Made by a program: the position numbers and the translations under genes. Below are positions 1 through 12,944 of a stretch of 64,000 bases of DNA, one piece after another. Positions within the stretch are counted from its first letter, which is position 1, and each line of letters starts with the position of its first letter. The notes beneath the pieces are model-generated. The model saw only the letters and a list, made by a program, of their open reading frames with translations. It had not been told where the DNA came from and did not search any database. Origin of the DNA: Felis catus (Eukaryota); the NCBI RefSeq assembly GCF_018350175.1, contig NC_058382.1:54190001-54254000 (forward strand). The letters run 5' to 3'.

Positions 1-69
1 ATCAGCCTCCTGGCCTGGAAAGATTCATGCACCCAGAGAGGACTGAAAATCAGGACCTTCTAGAATAGT

Positions 70-220
70 GCCAGTAAAATACCCTGCAACAATACTAATG
101 TTCTATATCTACACCATCCAACATGGTGGCCACTAGCCACAGGTAACGGTGCATTTGAAATGTGGCTAGTATAACTATGGAACTGAGTTTTCCATTTTAT
201 TTAATTTTAAATAATTTCAG
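70..220. mobile_element. MER3-like hAT-Charlie DNA transposon fragment
   Basis: ttctatatct...ccaacatggtggccactagccac...atttgaaatgtggctagt resembles MER3/MER33 and is similar to the copy at 57.4 kb. Confidence 0.6.
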
Positions 221-452
221 GTATAAGATCCAGTAGGCCTTGACTTCTCTGGGTACAAGGGTAAGAAAATCTCTTGGATGAGCTGAGTTCATAGAGGATT
301 ACCCCATTTGTGTTTCCAGTCAGTCATAGGTCATTCAGCCAATTCATAGACACAGGCTGAGACCCTACTGTGTTCTGGGCCTGAACTTGCCCTACTCTGG
401 AGGAGTCTGGGGCTGATAGAAGTAGTTAAAGAACAACAATAATCACGATAGA

Positions 453-1165
453 ATGATAGTGATGATGATGAGGGTGGAGCTGATGACAAAGGTGGTAATG
501 ATGGTGATGATGATGATAGTGATGATGGAGGTGATGGTGATGATGATGATTGTGGTGGTGATGATGATGATGGTGGTGCTGGTGATGGCGGTGGTGATGG
601 TGGTCATGATGATGATGGTGATGATGATGGTGATGGTGGTGATGATGGTGATGATGATGGTGGTGATGGTGGTCATGATGGTGGTGATAATGGTGATCAT
701 GATGGTGATGGTGATGATGATGGTGGTGATGATGGTGATGGTGGTGATGGTGGTGATGATGATGATGGTGGTGATGGTGGTCATGATGATGGTGATAATG
801 GTGATCGTGATGGTGATGGTGATGATGATGGTGGTGATGATGGTGATGGTGGTGATGGTGGTGATGATGATGGTGGTGATGGTGGTCATGATGATGGTGA
901 TAATGGTGATCATGATGGTGATGGTGATGGTGATGGTGATGACGGTGGTGATGGTGGTGATGACGGTGATATTGGTGGTGGTGATGATGGTGATGATGGT
1001 GATGGTGGTGATGGTGGTGATGGTGGTGATGGTGGTGATGGTAGTGATGATGATGGTGATGATGATGGTGGTGATGGTGATGATGATGATAGTGGTGGTG
1101 ATGGTGGTGATGATGGTGATAGTAATAAGGATGATGGTGGTAATGTTGGGGATGATGATGATGAC
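453..1165. repeat. Compound (GAT)/(GGT) trinucleotide low-complexity array, ~710 bp
   Basis: Directly visible; it generates the poly-His, poly-Met/Val and poly-Ile/Thr ORFs. Confidence 0.97.
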
Positions 1166-1259
1166 AAAAGTAATATACACGAGGGGAGAATATGGACTTG
1201 GAGTCACTCTCTGGATTCAAACCCACATTCCACCATTTACGAGACCATGGGTAGGTCAT

Positions 1260-1610
1260 TTCCCTCCTTTAACCCTCAGCTCTCTCTTTGGAAAGATAAG
1301 GTTAAGAAAAGCATGTGTTCCTAAAGTGGCTGAGAGGAGAAATAAAATATGTAATGTGCAGAGCATAGCCTGACACATGGGAAGGAAGGATGGAATAATG
1401 TTAGCTCTTATTATTATTCACTACCATTTATTCGGGGCACACCTCTTCCCAGGCTAGTGTCTTACACGACCCCAGTCTTCGCACAAACTCTGCTCTCATT
1501 CCCATTTGACAGATGAGAAGACGGAGACTCATAAGTTTAGAGGATTTGCCCAGATTCTTAGAGCAAGTGTCAGTGCTGTGATTTGAGCCCCAGTCTACAT
1601 GACTTCAAAA
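1260..1610. mobile_element. MIR fragments
   Basis: cccatttgacagatgagaagacggagactc...gatttgcccag...gatttgagccccagtct resembles the MIR core; an opposite-orientation MIR-like piece precedes it. Confidence 0.55.
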
Positions 1611-4600
1611 CTGTTCAAGTTGCTTAATTGCCCAGTATGCTACATATTAGAGATGACAGCGGCTCTCAACATGGCATACAGAAAGAGGAAGCATTTTGGT
1701 GCTTACCATGCACCAGCCGTGCAACTTGGACATTTCTCAGATCCTCAGGTACTTCCCCCATGAAACAGGACAATTTCAGTTGCCGGATCTTGTACAGATT
1801 ATGTGGAATCACATGGGTGGGTAAGAAAGACAGTCCATGTGACAAGTGTCACACATGTGACGTCCAGTATCAGCTCCCATCGTCAACTAGCATTAAATCA
1901 TTTAGCACAAGCCTGGCGCGTGGACAGCACTGTATGGATGCTCCCATCGGGATCTCTTCTCCATGCCCCAGCCCCTTTAATGACATGAACCTCCGAACCC
2001 TTTCATCTGGGTGGGACCAAGGAAAGTGTTACTTCCCATATGACTTCTGACAGGCTGGCGAGGCCATGGTGAGGAGGAAAGCAGCTCCTTGAAGCCATGC
2101 CCCGGCCGGTCACGCCATGCCTCTGCCACAGAGCCTCCCTGAGGTTGGGAGTGACCCACCACCCTTGATTATCACCCCAGGGAATCAGAGCACAGAGGCT
2201 CCACGAGAAACCCTGAAATGACTAGCCATCAGCTGGGGTCGGAGCTGCCAGGGAAGGGAGAGGTATTTATAAACCTAGCGCTGCCTGAGCCCTCGGGAAC
2301 CTGAGAGGGGGACAGCTTCCCCGCCCCACAGGGAAACCAAAGAGGAAAAACACCAACACGCTCTGAGCTTGGGCTCCAGTCAAAAGCCGCAGAGGGCACA
2401 TCCAAGTCCCCTTCTAAATTTAGAACCCTCAGCCAAACCAGTTCTCCGGCTCACCCAGCATCTCTCCCTTTGGCTGGACCAGGACATTCTTCTGAGAGCC
2501 AGGGACACAGATGGGAGCCCAGATCCCAACCCACTTTTTCTCCATTTTTGTTCCCATCACGCTGAGCACCAGGACCTCCGGGGCCTTTCTCACACCTGAG
2601 ACAGCCCCGTGCAGCACAAAGGGATTTGAAGGCGGAGGCCGGAGTTCAGATGTTGGCACTCGTGGCTGACTCTAACCAGCCTGAAATCTGCAGCCAGCCT
2701 CCCGGGCCTCCTCTGTCTCAGTCGCTGCATCTATGGCATGAGCAGACCCTCGGGCAAGCGCGTTTGCCTGGGTGAGCCTTCATCTCGCCGTCTCTTCCGA
2801 GGGCACAGCGGGCCTCCCTGGGGATCTCCTGGTCCCCGAGCTTCAGGTTCCCTACCTTTCACGGGGGAAAACCACCCTTCAGAAAAATCCTGTAGGCCTT
2901 AAGTCCAAGGGGAAGGAGAGAGCGCCTAACACAGCAGTATGGGGGAGGAGGGGGCACCCAATCCACACGCTGAACCAGGATGGGAAAGTGGAACCTGAAA
3001 GTCCCTCTTTTACTGAGTTCAACAACACATGTATTCAAATATGACCTGTATGTTCCAAGCTCTATTTTTAGTCTGGGGATAAAAACAGGGCTAATGGTAA
3101 TCAGAATCAGAAGGTATTTCTCTATCCTGGCCCCTGTCTCCAACTGAGTAGCATCTAGTCTTTTTTTTTATTTTTTAATGCCTCCTGTTATTCTAGTACC
3201 GCTATCCCCATTAATAATTGTAATAATAATCATAATCATAATAGCTAACAGCCACTGGGCGCTTACTATGCATAGACAGTGGGTTGAAGGTTTTACATAA
3301 ATTATCATATATAATTTAATTCAATTATAGAAGACACATATATCAGAACCAAGATTCATTTGACACAACAATAAAAAATATAAAACAGCAATACTAGTAC
3401 GAGAGCTCTTATTCTCATTTAATCCTCACGTCGGCCCTCCAATATGCTACTCAACACCCTAGCTGGGTCCACAGAAGCCACTGTGCATGAACTCAAGAAC
3501 ATGCCCCCCTTGGATTCTGCGTGGAGTCTGCCATATATCCTTCCTGGCCAGCTCTAGCTTCATGTCTCTATGGGAGGGTCACCGTTGTGCCCCAAATCCC
3601 ACTGCCTTGCACTATGCCCTCTAGTGTGACATCATTCTGTGCTTCAACAGCCACCCCGACTGGGAAAGTACCTGTCCCAATTTGTCTACATCCTGTTTCC
3701 TTGGTTACAAAATACTGTAGCCGTGGGCTCTCAAAGCCTCCCTGAGTTTTGATGTGTAGCAACTCTCTGAACGTGTGCTCGGGTTTTACTGTGGCCGCCT
3801 TGTCCTGGGGAAGTTCAGCAGCTAAGTGTGTTCCTTACACACTGACCTCTGTTCTTGAACCAAGTTTTTTGGTCTAGATTCAGTCTTCCCTCCGAATGGC
3901 TGTTTCTCAGAGGCCTCAGGCAAATGATCCCAGAAGACCAACCCTTCATCCTCTAGACTTGCCCAGACATTTCTGACGCCCAGATGTAACAGTTGTGTCA
4001 AACACAACAGTTTGTCCTGCCCAGCTGGGACTTCCACTGAGAAGACAGAGCTAGCAGCCAACCACACATCTTTTGAAGTGTGGGCTGGTCTCATTCTAAA
4101 CCCTGTGACCTTTACAGAAGACCTTTATGGAAGGTCTTCAGCCTTCCATACTTTTTTGTTGTTGTTGTTGTTCTCAGGCTCTCAACAGAGACTGAGTTGC
4201 AACCCTGCTCAAATCTTTCGGTTATCTTCTTAGTCCCTGGGTGGTTTTGCAATGACTCATCCACAGCCTCTCTCTTCTATTGTCAGAAACTGTGCATTGT
4301 GGAAGCCACTGGTTAGCATGAGGAGTGCTTCTGTGTTCATGATGATTGTTTGATAAGAGCTCAATGACTGAGACTGCATTTCCATCATGAATTCACGCAT
4401 CCATCAGGAAGGTAATGGGCTCACGTAAGGTCGGAATCATGCCTTCTCCTCTTCAGTTCCATGTCCCCAACCCCATGGGCTAACTGGAAGGAAGGTGAGG
4501 TTCCCATTCGTCAACCAGAAACTCCAAAGCAAGAGTTCTGCATATATTTGGAATGAAGCAGTGCCCCTTGGTGTGGACCAACCATCAAAACCTGAAAACA

Positions 4601-5214
4601 GCCTGACCTCTGAGACCAGCCAACACAGCAACATCAAAATGGCTACTGGTTGATGAAATGTTCGTGTAGGAAACAACCCAGGCCCTTGGCTCCCAGCCTG
4701 TGAGTCAGCAGCCCTGGCGAGCACTTGTTACTCACCACGAAATTGCACACGCCTTGAAATTTGGTGACATCTGGAGTTTCGGTCTTAATCAGGCTGCTCT
4801 TGGCATTTCCTTTCCTGGCATCGAGCTGTTTCTGGGTATCTTTCGAACTTGTATATAGGGAATTCCATAGTAAAACCCCTAAACCGAATCCTGCTAAAGC
4901 CACAGCTTAAAATTCCATGACTTGCATGTTTGTCTCATGGTTCGATGCTCAGGTCTTGTAGCTGCCACACACTGACCAGAGACTGTAAATGTCTGGTGCC
5001 AGGCTGTAACCAGGCAGAGCAATTTCCTTCCACCCCCACCCCGCCTTCAGACCCAGCTCTGCCATGTACCAGGTGTGAACTTGGCAAATCACTTCTCTGG
5101 GTTTTTCTTATTTCATCTAAAAATATGGGGGAAATGGTGTGAGAAGCAAAGCACGTAGAAATTAATTAAATGTTTAATTACATACTTCTAGAATATCAGG
5201 ACATTTTTAAGAGT

Positions 5215-5431
5215 TTTTTTTTTTAATATCCATTTATTTTGGAGACAGAGACACAGACAGAGACAGAACACGAGCAGGGGAGGGACAGAGAGGGAGACAC
5301 AGAATCTGAAGCAGGCTCCAGGCTCCGAGCTGTCAGCACAGAGCCCAGTGCAGAGCTCGAACCCATGAACCATGAAATCATGACCTGAGCCAAAGTCAGA
5401 TGCTTAACCAATTGAGCCACCCAGACGCCCC
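5215..5431 (-). mobile_element. Can-SINE (SINEC_Fc type)
   Basis: Reverse complement reads GGGGCGTCTGGGTGGCTCAATTGGTTAAGC...(CT)n...AATAAA-poly(A); TSD aggacatttttaa. Confidence 0.93.
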
Positions 5432-5464
5432 AATAAGGACATTTTTAAAACTATCTTTGCTTAA

Positions 5465-5690
5465 ATTTTTTAATTTTTTTCTTGAGAGAGAGACAGACAG
5501 ACAGAGACAGAGAGAAAGTGTGTGCACAAGCAGGGGAGGAACAGAGAGAGAGGGAAAGAGAGAATCTCAAGCAGGATCCATGCTGTCAGCACAGAGCCCA
5601 ATATGGGGCTCTATCCCATGAGCCATGAGATCATGACCTGAGCCAAATCAAGAGTTGGGTGCTTAAGCGACTGAGCCATGCAGGCACCCC
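5465..5690 (-). mobile_element. Can-SINE
   Basis: tRNA-like head GGGGTGCCTGCATGGCTCAGTCGCTTAAGC, (CT)n body and A tail on the minus strand; TSD aaggacatttttaaaa. Confidence 0.9.
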
Positions 5691-7747
5691 AAGGACATTT
5701 TTAAAAAGCATAGCCACAGTGACATTATCCTACCAAAAAATTACCAACAAGCCCATAATATTCACACACACACACACACCCCCCACAGTTTTTTGTTCAG
5801 ATCAGGATCTGAAATAGTCTACACAGGGCAATTGTAGAAAATGTCTCTCCTAGTTTCCTCCTCTCATTGATACTTTTTCTTTGAAATTCATTTGGTAAGG
5901 GAACCAAATGCTGAAATACTTTGTGGTGTGGTGTTCCACCACATTCTAGATCTGACTAATTGCATTGATGGAGTTTTGTTTACCATATTTCTCTCCCCTT
6001 TATTTCCCGGACATTGGAAGTTCAGTTTAGAGGCAAATGGTGTTGTGTTCTGCCATGGGGAGGGGGAGGGGGAATAATGTTTTGTTGTCTCTTTTTTGGT
6101 GAAATTACCAGGAACAGTGATCATGATATAAATCTAATAACTCAGTAAGGGTTGCAGCTCAGTCCCTGTTAAGAGCATAAAAGGGGCCTGAGACCAAAAA
6201 AGTATGAGGACCACCAGGATGGAGTAAAGATCACAGAATTTCAAATGAGACCACCCCACACTCCAAACTCAGTACTTGCTGTCTACTCATGGAACTTAGT
6301 TGTGGACGTGGAAAAGTAACTTAACCTCTTTGAGACTTCATTTCCTCATCTGTAGGAAAAAGATCATAATATTACCCAACCCAATGGGATGGGTGGTAAG
6401 TGAAAAGCAGTCTGGCATCCAATACGTGGAAGGTAATCACTTCATGATCTCCCTCCCTTGATAACAATCTAAACTAGAAGCTGATAGGAAAACCATTCTG
6501 AGTGAGGAATCCAAGGAAAAGGATGTAGGGTAGACTAGAGAGAGAAAGAAAGAAGTGCCCTCCCTCACCCTCTTCGCCCATCCCCTGCCATGCTGTGACC
6601 TCCAGAGAGGGAGGTCTTTGACTCAACTAGAGCAGTGTTCAAAATACGATTCTGCCATTTCTCGGCTGTGTGACCTCTGGGAGCCTCAAGTTGTTTGGGG
6701 TAATAATACACAAATCTTGGGTTCCTTGTGAAGATTCATGATATAGCATAGCTCATACACTGACTATGGGGCCCAACATAACTACAGACAGTCAACAGGG
6801 GCAGTGGTTATTCACGTACTATAAATAATAACTGTGTGAGGAATAATTGTGGCTGTTGGTGGTGGCAGATATCACTGAGGATTTGGGGAAGCCTAACGTC
6901 TCTCAGTTTCTTAACTGGGAAACACAAGCGGTAAAAAATGGTGCGTCAGGATTGACTAATGGGATACAACTCTCTAAGTGGAGCCCCCTGATAAAACATG
7001 ACTGGAAGCCACCACAGGACCTCCTATCTACCTGCCACCCAAAATAAACCTACTTCTTTTCCCCTCAAAGAATGGCAGCTCTTTCCCCAAGGGGGCACAC
7101 TCAACCCTGGGGGACAGAGGCATGTTTTGTTTCTGGGACCCAGTCTCTCCTTGGAAAACGAGGTCCAGTACGTGTTGGACTCTCGCTGATCGGGGGGGGG
7201 GGGGGTGTCTTCCTTGCCCATGAAGAAATTTGAAAAAAGGGGCAGAAAGAAGTGGAAGCTGTCGTCACAGCATCTTGGAGCCACAGGTGGCGATTCCTAT
7301 ATTACAGGCAGAGGTGGGAATATGGGAAGGGGGAGACAGGGCTTGTCCTGGCAGCAGTAACATTGAAAAGTGCCTTCGGCAGCTAAAACCCCCTAAAATG
7401 ACAACACCAAATGCTGGCAAGCATGTAGAACAAAAGGAACTCTCAGTCACTGCTGTGGGAATGCAAAATGATACGGCTGCTTTGGAAGACAAACTTGACG
7501 ATTTCTCACAAAGCCGAACATAGTCCTACTATGCTATTCAGCAATTGCACACCGACCTTTACTCAAGTGAGTTGAAAACATGTCTACACAAACCCCTGCA
7601 CATCAATGCTTACAGCAGCTTTATTCCTAACTGCTGAAACTTGGAAACAACCAAGATGTCCTTCCTTCAGTAGGCGAATGGATAAACAAACTACGGTACA
7701 GCCAGACAAGGGAGTAGTACTTGTTACTGAGCAATGAAAAGAGATTA

Positions 7748-8738
7748 CAGTAAAGCCTTGGTTTGTGAGCATAATCCGTTCCGGAAACACGCCTGTGATC
7801 CAAAGCACTTGGATATCAAAGCGAATTTCCCCGTAAGAAATAATGGAAACTCAGATGATTCACTTACCTTTGAAAACCTTTGTGGCTGGTGTAGGGGGGA
7901 CAAGAGAGAGGAGGGTTATTGAGGAGGACAGTTTTCACTATCACTAATGCAATCACGGCTATCTGTTGGCTCAGTGGAATCTCCTTCTGCATGGGGGCCC
8001 TTGTATACGCTCGCACGGATGTGACTACGGTACGGTATTAATAAACTCTTGTCGTATACTGTATTTAATGTAACTGGCAATAAAGCAGCAGAAGAAAGGG
8101 TCTGTATCTGCAGGCAGCCTGACCTAGAATGAAGCAAAGCATTCCTAAGCTCAGTCTTGTATGAAAAGCAAAGGACGGTCCATAGGTGCTTTGAAGTGAC
8201 AAAAAAACACACTGGTGCCAGCTGTGGGCACCTTCCAATGCTCTGAAAAATCAACGATTTCTGGGGCGCCTGGGTGGCACAGTCAGTTAAGCGTCCGACT
8301 TCAGCCAGGTCACGATCTCGCGGTCCGTGAGTTCGAGCCCCGCGTCAGGCTCTGGGCTGATGGCTCAGAGCCTGGAGCCTGTTTCTGATTCTGTGTCTCC
8401 CTCTCTCTCTGCCCCTCCCCCATTCATGCTCTGTCTCTCTCTGTCCCAAAAATAAATAAACGTTGAAAAAAAAAATTTTTTAAAAAAATCAACGATTTCT
8501 GCCAAACACCGTGGCCCGATACCAAGCATCCGAGCACGGGAGACGATCACCCACAATCCCGCAGAGAGAGAGAAAGAGAAGAATCATTGGCTTGGTTGAG
8601 ATCGTGTGACGTTTGGCGACCCGTACGACTCATATTGCGGGACGCGGCTCGTTTATCAAGTTAACATGGATTAGAAACGTTTGCTCGTCTTGCAGGAACA
8701 CTTGCAGAACAGGTTACTCACAATCCAAGCTTTTACTT
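7748..8738. mobile_element. Non-autonomous Tc1/mariner (Tigger-like) DNA transposon
   Basis: 22-bp terminal inverted repeats CAGTAAAGCCTTGGTTTGTGAG (7748-7769) and the reverse complement of 8717-8738, AAGTAAAAGCTTGGATTGTGAG (18/22 identical), flanked by TA at 7746-7747 and 8739-8740. Confidence 0.8.
8263..8483 (+). mobile_element. Young SINEC_Fc with a perfect 17-bp TSD
   Basis: GGGGCGCCTGGGTGGCACAGTCAGTTAAGCGTCCGACTTCAGCCAGGTCACG...; TSD aaaaatcaacgatttct at 8246-8262 and 8484-8500. Confidence 0.96.
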
Positions 8739-8865
8739 TAGCTGCCAAGTCACAGAGAAAACGTGAAGGGGGCAAATGAATGCCGCTGAGGGAAACAGGC
8801 CATCTGAAAAGGCTACGCACTGTATGATTCCAACTCTGTGACACTCTGGAAAAGGCACAACTACT

Positions 8866-9361
8866 GTCGTATAACAAATTGCCACAAACTCAGTGACACA
8901 AACTTGTCACGGCGCCTTTTCCTTGGGTCGGGAGTTTGGGCCCAGCGCAGCGGCGCTCCTGGCTCAGGGTCTCATGGGGCTGAAATCAAGGTGTCCGTGG
9001 GGCTTGGGTCTCACCTGAGGCTCGAGTCCTCTTCCAGTCTTATCCAGGGTGTTGGCAGAACTTAGCACTTTGTGCCGGTGAGACCGAGGTCCTTGTTTTC
9101 CCGCGGAGAGCCATTGACTGGTGGTTGATCTCAGCTCCTAGAGACCTCCCGCCACTCGCTGCCACGGGATTTTCTCCATTTGGTCCTTCTAGGCCAACAG
9201 GAGAAAATCTCCTTCAGCTCTGAATATCTCAGTTTTCCATCTCTGACCTCTAGTCCCATAAAGGTTCGCCTGACTGGGGCAGGCCCACCCACACTGAAAG
9301 CCAAGGCATGACCATCACGGGGTGGGAATTTTGAGGCCATCTCAGAAGTCTGCCTACCACA
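8866..9361 (-). mobile_element. ERVL-MaLR (MLT1-type) solo LTR
   Basis: ataacaaattgccacaaactcagtg...ggctgaaatcaaggtgtc...gttggcagaa...gaggccatctcagaagtctgcctaccaca is typical of MLT1. Confidence 0.75.
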
Positions 9362-9974
9362 GCCCCAGATCATTAAGCAGCCTTCTTCAACTAAATAGTC
9401 TTGGTCTCCATCTGCCAAAAACACCAGGAATAACCAAAGAGAGAAAATCGTTTATTTTTACACACTCCGGATCAAAGTAGAAACACCTTTATTTAGAAAA
9501 GAAAAAGGAAGGGCTGCAAAAAATTTTTTGTTTAGATAAAACAGCCATTTTTTCCTTCCTCCCCTAAGTAAGGACATATCCACCAGAGGATTAAGTTTTA
9601 TTCACTCACATTGAATTGAGCACCTGCTTTTTACAGAAGACAAAGGGATAAATAAGGTATATTTTCCTGCCCTTAAGGAGAAAACTGAACTGAGAATCTC
9701 ATTCATTCATTTGTTCATTATTTTATTTATTTATTCACTCAATGAACTTCATCTTGGGTTTTTCTCTGTGTAAGATACAAAAACACTGGAAATTCAGAAC
9801 TGGTGTTTTCCCTCAAGTAAACTCACAGTGTGAAGGCAACATCTTGAGTTGTAATAGCATTTAATGTAAGTTGCCACTGCTTTGACAGCAATATCGCTTC
9901 TGACAGTTTGAGCTCAGTGGACAGAAATCAGAATGTGGGTTACATGGAGCAACAGGAAGAAGAGAAGCCTTGAA

Positions 9975-10500
9975 ATCTAAACCCAAACGGATCAAGTCGG
10001 CGTCACGAGTGCGGGAACGAGTAGACAGTGTGCCTCTGGATATGAGGCACTGGGAAAGACATAACATCACTCCTGTGGTTTTCGTGCCAAAAATGCATAG
10101 CCTGAAATTCAGAACGGGGAAAGATGAGACAACCCCAAATCTAGGGGCACCCTATAAAATATAACAAGCCTGTTACACTCTCTTCAATTTGTCAAGGTCA
10201 GGAACATCTCGGGAAGGTGAAGGAATGGTTCCAGATTAGAAGGAGACTAAGGACAAGTAAAGATGATGTGTGATCCTGGATTGGATTCTAGGCCAGAAAA
10301 AGGACATTCATGGGACAAAGGGTAAAATCTAAATCATCAGTTCATAACATTGTTATTAATGTTAATATCCTGAATGTTAGAACTGTGCCATGCTTATAGA
10401 AGATGTTATCATTTGGGGGATCGAGGTGAAGGGTGGGTGAGATGGGGGGGTACCATTTTTGCAACCTTTATGTGAGTCTGGAATTATTTCAGCATGAAAA
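9975..10500 (+). mobile_element. L1ME/L1MC-type 3' UTR fragment
   Basis: gccaaaaatgcatagcctgaa...gtcaaggtca...gatcctggattggattct...gttaatatcctga...tttttgcaaccttt...gtctggaattattt. Confidence 0.7.
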
Positions 10501-12725
10501 GACAAATAGACAAATAAGTAAGTTGGAATTCCTGCTATACCTTATAAATAAGGAGCTAACCTCACATGGTGCATGTGATCCAACAGTGAGTCTGCGTGCT
10601 ACTTCTGAATCCTTAACAAGACCTAGAAGTATCTGAAGCCAAGAGAAGTTGTGTCATCCATCACATGACTCCACATGGTGCCTGAGGTAGAATCTGAACC
10701 TAGCTCTATTTGATCCCAGATGGCATGCCCTTCCTGCCGCCCTGGGGCTGTTGCTTTGAGGCAGAATGCACAGCTAAGGCTCTGGGAGGAGGAGAAGGGG
10801 GAGAGAAACTCCACCATCAAATAGGGAATATGGCCAAGTGTAGACACCATTGTAAAGACAGAATCGTAAGACTTCAAAAAAAAAAAAAAATCATCAAACA
10901 CAGATCTATTCCTCTAGGAATTGGCCAACAATGTCTGCATTTTCTCTTCATTATCAGTAAATGCTTGTTACCCTCCAAGTGGCTATGAGAGCAGCTCACA
11001 CACCTCTCTTTGGAAGTGAATGTGAACAAGTGTGGCTGCGTAGGTGGCACCCTGGGACACCGACTGTGTCATGAGGCTAGAACCCATCAGGTCCCCTGTC
11101 TCCTCGAGACACCTCCTTTGCCAGCTGTCCTGGCAAAGCCCAGGGCTCTGTGTTCAACAATCGGTGGAAACTCCAAGGACCAGCGTCCCCACCGTCACCC
11201 AACAGGCATGACCCTCAGTGCTCAAGGAGTGCGTGCACGTGTTTTCCTCTGCACACGGGGGGTGGAACCTGCAGACCCCAACCCTCCCCCGGTCACAGAT
11301 CATTTTTAAAGCCCTTAATGCAGGAGGTGTTAAGTTACAACCCCCAAGTCACCATCTGGCTGGGGGATTTTCCATGTGGGAGGGGTCTCCTGGCACTTCT
11401 CGAATTACACAGCTTGGATGTCTTCTCTGATGACAGTCTCCCAGGGACCCTCTCTGCCTCCCAGGTGGCCCCTTCCTGCCCTCCCTCACTCTTCAACCAG
11501 GTTTCCATTGCTTTTATGGGAAAGGGGAGAAGGTGAATGTCAGGGAATCAACAGTTAGGGGACACACCTGCTCCTCTCTTCCAGGCTCCTTCTGCCTCCA
11601 GCTCACATAAGCCTCATGATAACCTGTAGTAGGAGCTATGGTGTCCATTGTACAGATCAGGAAATCAAGACTGTGTCATACACTGGAACCAAAGGAGAGA
11701 GTTCAATCTCAAGATTGCGTGACTTCAAATCACGCTCTTTCCACTATGGCCTACGCATCTCTAACATTCTGGTCTTTGATTTCGGCAGTTGCTTCTCAGC
11801 AAAATCTCCCCACGTTTCTTACGAATTGACACGGTCCTGGAGGAGGAACTGTTGATTCATACACACAATGGCACTTCACACCCACCTGGCGGCCTCCCCA
11901 GCCTTGGGCAAGATGGCAGTCATCCTATGACAGAGCACCGAGTCCCCCTCCTCCCCTCCATCCTGAACGTCCCACAGTGGCTCTTGTCCCTGCTGTCCAC
12001 TCTGTCACTGGGTGCTGGCCCTAGGCCAGCCACTCCAACTTGGTGCCCTGATTGGGCTCATCCCCTCCCGGATGCCGACTTCCCCGCTTGGCTCCGTGCC
12101 TGAAGGACACTCATTCGCACCCCAGCTTAGGAAGGCTCCCGGTCCATCTCTGGTCCGGTGCCACCACATCTGCATTTCCAGGAAAGGACCTGGAGGATGG
12201 AGAGGTACACGTCTCCCTGGACACCTCAGAACTCAAGGGCTTCTGAGGGCTTCTGATGGGGCTGCTCTACGGAACCCTTGAGGGAAGGTGCGCCGGGTCT
12301 CACGCGGCTCCTATTTAATCCTCGCGGCCACCCCAGGAAAGGCAGTGCGAGCCCCACGAGCAGATGGGGACACAGGGGCCAGCAAGGACCAGCAAAGGAG
12401 GAGAACATGCCAGGGTGTCAGAGCCAGGGAGCTTCTCTGGGGGCAACACTCCATTTGGCTACCATCAGGAACAAGTCCTCATGTGAGAAACCAGAAGGAC
12501 TTGACCCGTCCTGCTCATATGGGCCCGAGCCTGCATATACTCGCACCAGAACACATCTGCACTGAGCTCCCTGACTGGCGTCCCCAGCCTCTGCCCACGG
12601 CAGTTGCCAGAATAAGTACTAATACGGCTACTATCGATTAAGCAGCAATGGTGGGCCAACAGTGGTCCTGAAGATAAGGGAGGGGGGTATTACGTAGGTA
12701 TCTATCTATCTAATCTCATATTTTA

Positions 12726-12928
12726 TTTTTTTTTAAGTTTATCTATTTATTTTGAGAGAGAGAAAGACCACAGGCGGAGCAAAGAGAGAGGGAGATAGAA
12801 TCCCAAGCAGGCTCCACGCTGCCAGCACAGAGCCCAACGCGGGGCTCGAACTCATGAACCACGAGATCATGACCTGAGCTGAAACCAAGAGTCTGTCGCT
12901 TAACCGACTGAGCCACCCAGGTGCCCCC
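12726..12928 (-). mobile_element. Can-SINE
   Basis: Minus-strand head GGGGCACCTGGGTGGCTCAGTCGGTTAAGCG; TSD ctcatatttta at 12715-12725 and 12934-12944. Confidence 0.92.
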
Positions 12929-12944
12929 CCAACCTCATATTTTA

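Larger units (their letters stand above)
7385..8865 (+). mobile_element. Old L1 (L1M-type) 3' fragment, interrupted by a DNA transposon
   Basis: acaccaaatgctggcaag...tgggaatgcaaaatg...gaaacaaccaagatgtccttc...gaatggataaacaaact, resuming at 8741 and running to tgtatgattccaact...ctggaaaaggca; typical L1 ORF2-end/3' UTR. Confidence 0.8.

Noticed and set aside
426..1373. Long poly-His, poly-Met/Val, poly-Ile/Thr and Ser/Pro ORFs
   Set aside because: By-products of a stop-poor GAT/GGT triplet repeat open in several frames on both strands; no promoter, splice or domain evidence.
8263..8340. tRNA-like A/B box sequences at SINE heads as tRNA genes
   Set aside because: They are tRNA-derived Can-SINE heads followed by (CT)n, A tails and TSDs.
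9451..9494. Two minus-strand AATAAA motifs ~7 kb past the main poly(A) site
   Set aside because: Common in AT-rich DNA; nothing in the sequence links them to a transcript.
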